Assembly: GCF_963921235.1 (NCBI RefSeq) | Contig: NC_086108.1 | Location: 41,852,001-41,916,000, forward strand | Origin: Mobula hypostoma | Lineage: Eukaryota | Direction of reading: 5' to 3' | Length of the DNA: 64,000 nucleotides | Shown here: in pieces, positions 60,655 through 64,000 of the stretch | How positions within the stretch are numbered: position 1 is the stretch's first letter | Layout: each line of letters starts with the position of its first letter | Notes under the pieces: generated by a model | What the model was told of the DNA's origin: nothing | Databases searched by the model: none | The model's input: the letters and a program-made list of their open reading frames with translations, nothing else | Translations under genes and position numbers: made by a program

Positions 60655-63630
60655 ATGGAGCGCTGTCGCGTGGAAACACCATCCATCACCAGGGAGCCCT
60701 ACGACCCAGGATATGCTCTCTTCCTGCTGCTGCCATCACAGCCTCAGGTCTCACACCACCAGGTTCAGGAACAATTAATACCCCTCAACCATCAGGCACT
60801 TGAACCAGTGGGGATAACTATGCTCACCCCATCAGTGAACTGTTCCTACAACCTACAGACTCATTTCTAAGGGTTCTTCATCTCGCGCTCTTCATATTTA
60901 TTGCTTATTATTCATTTTTTAAAATTTTTGTATTTGTTGTCTTTTGCACATTGGTAGATTGATAGCTTATTCACAGCCGGGATGTGGATTACAAATTACA
61001 GCAGGAGATAGAAAGGGCCTGTCAGAAGGGCAATGTCATGATAATCATTGGGGATTTTAACATGAAAGTGGATTGGGAAAACCAGGCCAGTACTGGACCT
61101 CAAGAGAGAGAATTTGTAGAATGTCTAAGGGATGGCTTTTTAGAACAGCTTGTTGTTGAGCCCACGAGGGGATCGGCTGTGCTGGATTGGTGTTGTGCAA
61201 TGATCCAGAAGTGATAAGAGAACTTAAGGTTAAGGAACCTTTAGGGAACAGTGATCACAATACGATCGAGTTCACTTTGAAATTTGAGAAGGAGAAACTA
61301 AATTCCAATGTGTCGGTATTTCAGTGGAGTAAAGGAAATTACAATGGCATGAGAGGGGAAATGGCCAAGGTTGACTGGAAAGGGACACTAGCAGGAAGGA
61401 CAGCAGAGCAGCAGTGGTTGGAATTTCAGTGAAAAATGAGGGAAGTGCAAGACAGATGTATTCCAAATAAGAAGAAAGTAGGACACTACCATGGCTGACA
61501 AGTGAAGTCAGAGCCAAAGTAAAAGCAAAAGAGAGGGCATACAAGGAAACCAAAGTTAGTGGGAAGACAGAGGATTGGGAAGCTTTTAAAAACTTGCAGA
61601 AGGAAACTAAGAAGGTCATTAGGAAGGAAAAGATGAATTATGAAAAGAAGCTGGCAACTAATATCCAAGAAAATACTGAAAGCTTTTTAAAGTATATAAA
61701 GCGTAAAAGAGAGTTGAGGGTAGATACAGGACCAATAGAAAGTGTCGCTGGAAATATTGTAATGAGAGACACAGAGGAACTGAATGCGTATTTTGCATCA
61801 GTCTTCACAGTGCATCTGCAGTATACCGGACATTCAAGAGCGGCAGAGAAGTGAAATACACGCAGTGAAAATTACGACTGACGAGGTGCTCAGGAAGCTT
61901 AATGGTTTGTGGGTGGATAAATCTCCTGGAACTGATGGAATGCACTCTCGGCTTCTGAAGGAAGTGGCTGGAGAGATTGCAGCAGTGTTAATGATGATCT
62001 TTCAAGAATCGATAGATTCTGGCATTGTACTAGAATGCTGGAAAATTGCAAATGTTACTCTGCTATTTAAGAAGGGTGGGAGGCAGCAGAAAGGAAACTA
62101 TAGACCTGTTAGCCTGACATCAGTGGTTGGGAAGTTGTTGGAATCGATTGTTAGGGATGAGATTATGGAATACCTGAAGGAACATGACAAGATAGGCCAC
62201 AGCCATCATGGTTTCCTGAAAGGAAAATCCTGCCTGACTAACCTATTGCAATTTTTTGAGGAAATTACAAGCAGGGTAGACAAAGGAGATGTAGTAGATG
62301 TGGTGTACTTGGATTTTCAGAAGGTCTTTGACAAGGTGCCACACATGAGGCTGACAAGAGCAAGTTAAGAGCCCATGGAATTACAGGGAATTTACTTGCA
62401 TGGGTGCAGCATTGGCTGATTGGCAGAAAACAGAGAGTGGGAATAAAGGGATCCTATTCTGGCTGGCTGCTGCTTACCAGTGGAGTTCCACAGGGGTCAG
62501 TGTTGGGACCGCTGCTTTTTACAATGTATGTCAATGATTTGGACTATGGGATTAATGGATTTGTGGCTAAATTTGCCGATGATACAAAGATAGGTGGAGG
62601 AGTGGGTAGTGTTGAGGAAACAGAGAGCCTTCAGAAAGATTTAGATAGTATAGGGGAATGGGCAAAGAAGTGGCAAATGAAATACAATGTTGGAAAGTGT
62701 ATGGTCATGCACTTTGGTGGAAGAAGTAAACAGGCAGACTATTATTTAGATGGGGAGAGAATTCAAAATACAGATATGCAAAGGGACTTGGGAGTCCTTA
62801 TGCAGGATACCCTAAAGGTTAACCTGCAGGTTGAGTGGGTTGTGAAGAAGGCGAATGCAATGTTGGCATTCATTTCTAGAGGTATAGAATATAGTAGCAG
62901 AGATGCGATGTTGAGGCTCTATAAGGCACTCATGAGACCACACTTGGAGTATTGTGTGCAGTTTTAGGCTCTTTATTTTAGAAAGGATATACCAACATTG
63001 GAGAGGATTCAGAGAGGATTCACAAGCATGATTCCAGGAATGAAAGGGTTACCGTATGAGGAACATCTGGCAGCTCTTGGGCTGTATTGCCTGGAGTTCA
63101 GGAGGATGAGGGGGGAACTCGAGGGAACATTCTGAATGTTAAAAGGCCTGAACAGATTAGATATGGCAAAGTTATTTCCCATGGTAGGGGAGTCTAGGAC
63201 AACAGGACATGACTTCAGGATTGAAGAACGTCCATTTAGAACAGAGGTGCGGAGAAATTACTTTAGTCAGAGGGTGGCAAATCTGTGGAATTTATTGCCA
63301 CGAGCGGCTGTGGAGGCCAAGTCATTGGGTATATTTAAGGCAGAGATAGGTAGATTCTTGATTAGCCGGGGCATCAAAGGGTATGGGGAGAAGGCAGTGG
63401 AGTGGGGATGACTGGAAGAATTGGATCAGCCCATGATAGAATGGTGGAGCAGACTCGATGGACTGAATGGCCTACTTCTGCTCCTATATCTTATAGTTTT
63501 ATGGTCTATTGTCTTTCATTAATTCTATTATGGTTCTTGGATTTACTAAGTATACCCACAAGAAAATGAATCTCAGGATTGTATATGGTCCCATATATGC
63601 ACTTAGATAATAAAATAGTTTGAACTTTTA
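60655..63630 (+). mobile_element. old Rex1-like 3' end (60655-60955 and 63505-63630) split by a CR1 insertion
   Basis: Both pieces match the 3' UTR seen at 17400-17780 and 51270-51650. Confidence 0.7.
60975..63505 (+). mobile_element. CR1 LINE, 5'-truncated ORF2 (partial APE + RT + 3' UTR)
   Basis: IIGDFNM, LGNSDHNTIEF, KSPGTDG, NYRPVSLTSVVGK, SGVPQGSVLGPLLF, KFADDTKIGG; several stops and frameshifts. Confidence 0.95.
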
Positions 63631-64000
63631 AGTTAATTAAAACATTATGATTAAATGCAAATAAATTTTAAAAATCTTGCTGTCAATTCCTTGGTCATCA
63701 AGACCAGTGATCTATTCAAGTGAATGCAGCAATGCTAGGTAACACATATCTTGGGGGCTACTTGTGGTCCCTTGGATTGGGATGCTTATGCTGGATATAC
63801 TGGTTGGATATACAGCATTGCCCTCCAGCTCACTACTGATTTCTTCATTGCAATATGAAAGTGATGGAAAAAACTGACCACTGATTGTCTATAGATACAC
63901 TAGCTAAAAAACTAGTAGGGAACTCACGAAATGATCCACTCTTTTCTGACGGGCACTCAGAGACTAATTTTAGAGTGGTTCAGAAGCAGGAGAAAATTGT

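Noticed and set aside
1..64000. Novel prokaryotic-type defence, retron or RT system
   Set aside because: All RT and nuclease motifs belong to recognisable eukaryotic TE clades and are pseudogenised; there is no operon structure.

Overview
Eukaryotic, intron-like vertebrate DNA dominated by decayed transposable elements. The mix of CR1, Rex1/Babar, RTE, R4/Dong and Penelope-like retroelements, Gypsy LTR elements, Tc1, hAT, Harbinger MITEs and V-/CORE-/Deu-type SINEs suggests a cartilaginous fish such as a ray (inference, no search run). There are no prokaryotic operons, CRISPR arrays, rRNA or genuine tRNA genes, and almost all listed ORFs are TE remnants or low-complexity artefacts. Host-gene evidence is limited. 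The best case is a 42-nt minus-strand exon (59424-59465, GIFIFLIYGVYNTE) matching the TM7 exon of family-B/adhesion GPCRs (ADGRD2-like). Weaker candidates are a minus-strand terminal exon/3'UTR (about 14920-16350) and two plus-strand exons (5644-5676, 11659-11772) of a convergent unknown gene. The most notable signals are: (i) a Gypsy element with no tRNA PBS, where a perfect 15-nt complement of its own LTR poly(A)-signal region sits at the PBS position (self-priming and/or poly(A) occlusion); (ii) minimal hammerhead-ribozyme motifs at Penelope termini, often in inverted pairs; (iii) two young Rex1 copies both inserted antisense near the CR1 RT FADD motif via tail microhomology; (iv) a Dong/R4-type element in a TAA microsatellite; (v) a 1.77-kb polypurine G-rich tract. 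Boundaries of old repeats are approximate.
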